Program-made: the position numbers and the translations under genes
Notes under the pieces: model-generated
What the model was told of the DNA's origin: nothing
Database searches by the model: none
The model's input: the letters and a program-made list of their open reading frames with translations, nothing else
Source of the DNA: Toensbergia leucococca
Taxonomy: Eukaryota
Reading direction: 5' to 3'
NCBI GenBank assembly: GCA_022813965.1
Contig: JALDZS010000106.1
Span: forward strand, 58,087 to 78,086
DNA length: 20,000 nucleotides
Shown: positions 19,560 through 20,000 of the stretch, one piece after another
Numbering within the stretch: the stretch's first letter is position 1
How the letters are laid out: every line of letters starts with the position of its first letter

Positions 19560-20000
19560 TAAGGAGGCTTGATCTGTTTGGCTTTCATATCTTTGGAGAC
19601 GATCTAATATCAAAATAACGAACATGATGGTGATGTATTTTGTCCCGGTTAATCACTCGAAATGGGCTTGTTCTCAGCCTTCATTGTCTGTTGAAGGTCG
19701 CACCAAATGGCCAATCGCCTCCGTATGTTGCAGACACAGATTGCATATATTTGAGGTTGATGCATAAAATTAAGTCCCATCCTGGCGCGTGAAGCGGAAC
19801 GACTCTTGCCAGGACTTTTTGAAGTGGAGTGGGTGTTAGGGTATTCAAGTGTTGTTCATTACTCGTATTAATGTACGAGGTCAATTTTTAAAGTATTGCA
19901 AATGGCCAACGTAGGAACTGCGGCTTGGCATAGAACAGGTCAGTTATCGTGATTTTCACCTATTCTACAAGTATGAACATCAATTCAACCGTGGAAGTTA

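Noticed and set aside
19681..20000. Possible last exon of a minus-strand gene entering from the right edge
   Set aside because: A branch/acceptor-like signal exists near 19815-19840, but no frame gives a recognisable protein. Flanking sequence is needed.

Overview
Eukaryotic, intron-containing DNA from a filamentous ascomycete (Pezizomycotina-type GTRNGT donors, CTRAC/CTAAY branch sites, introns of about 45-170 nt). Intact genes: proline dehydrogenase (PUT1), an uncharacterised protein with two RRM-like segments, a secreted GH128-like beta-1,3-glucanase, a dihydroxy-acid dehydratase (ILV3 family, apparently lacking a mitochondrial presequence, with an 8-nt micro-exon), an alpha/beta-hydrolase fused to a DUSP11/PIR-1-like cysteine phosphatase, and ribosomal protein S19. 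The spacers hold decayed material: an SDR gene stub, a disrupted SesA/HeLo-like N-terminal-domain gene with a non-NLR C-terminus, a disrupted small membrane-protein gene, a 91-bp-period direct repeat, and a ~110-bp tandem array with a decay gradient inside a possible Helentron-like element. I cannot demonstrate a coherent novel multi-gene system. The best leads are the hydrolase/RNA-triphosphatase-like fusion, the SesA-like pseudogene and the repeat-bearing element. All gene models were spliced by hand and no database searches were run.
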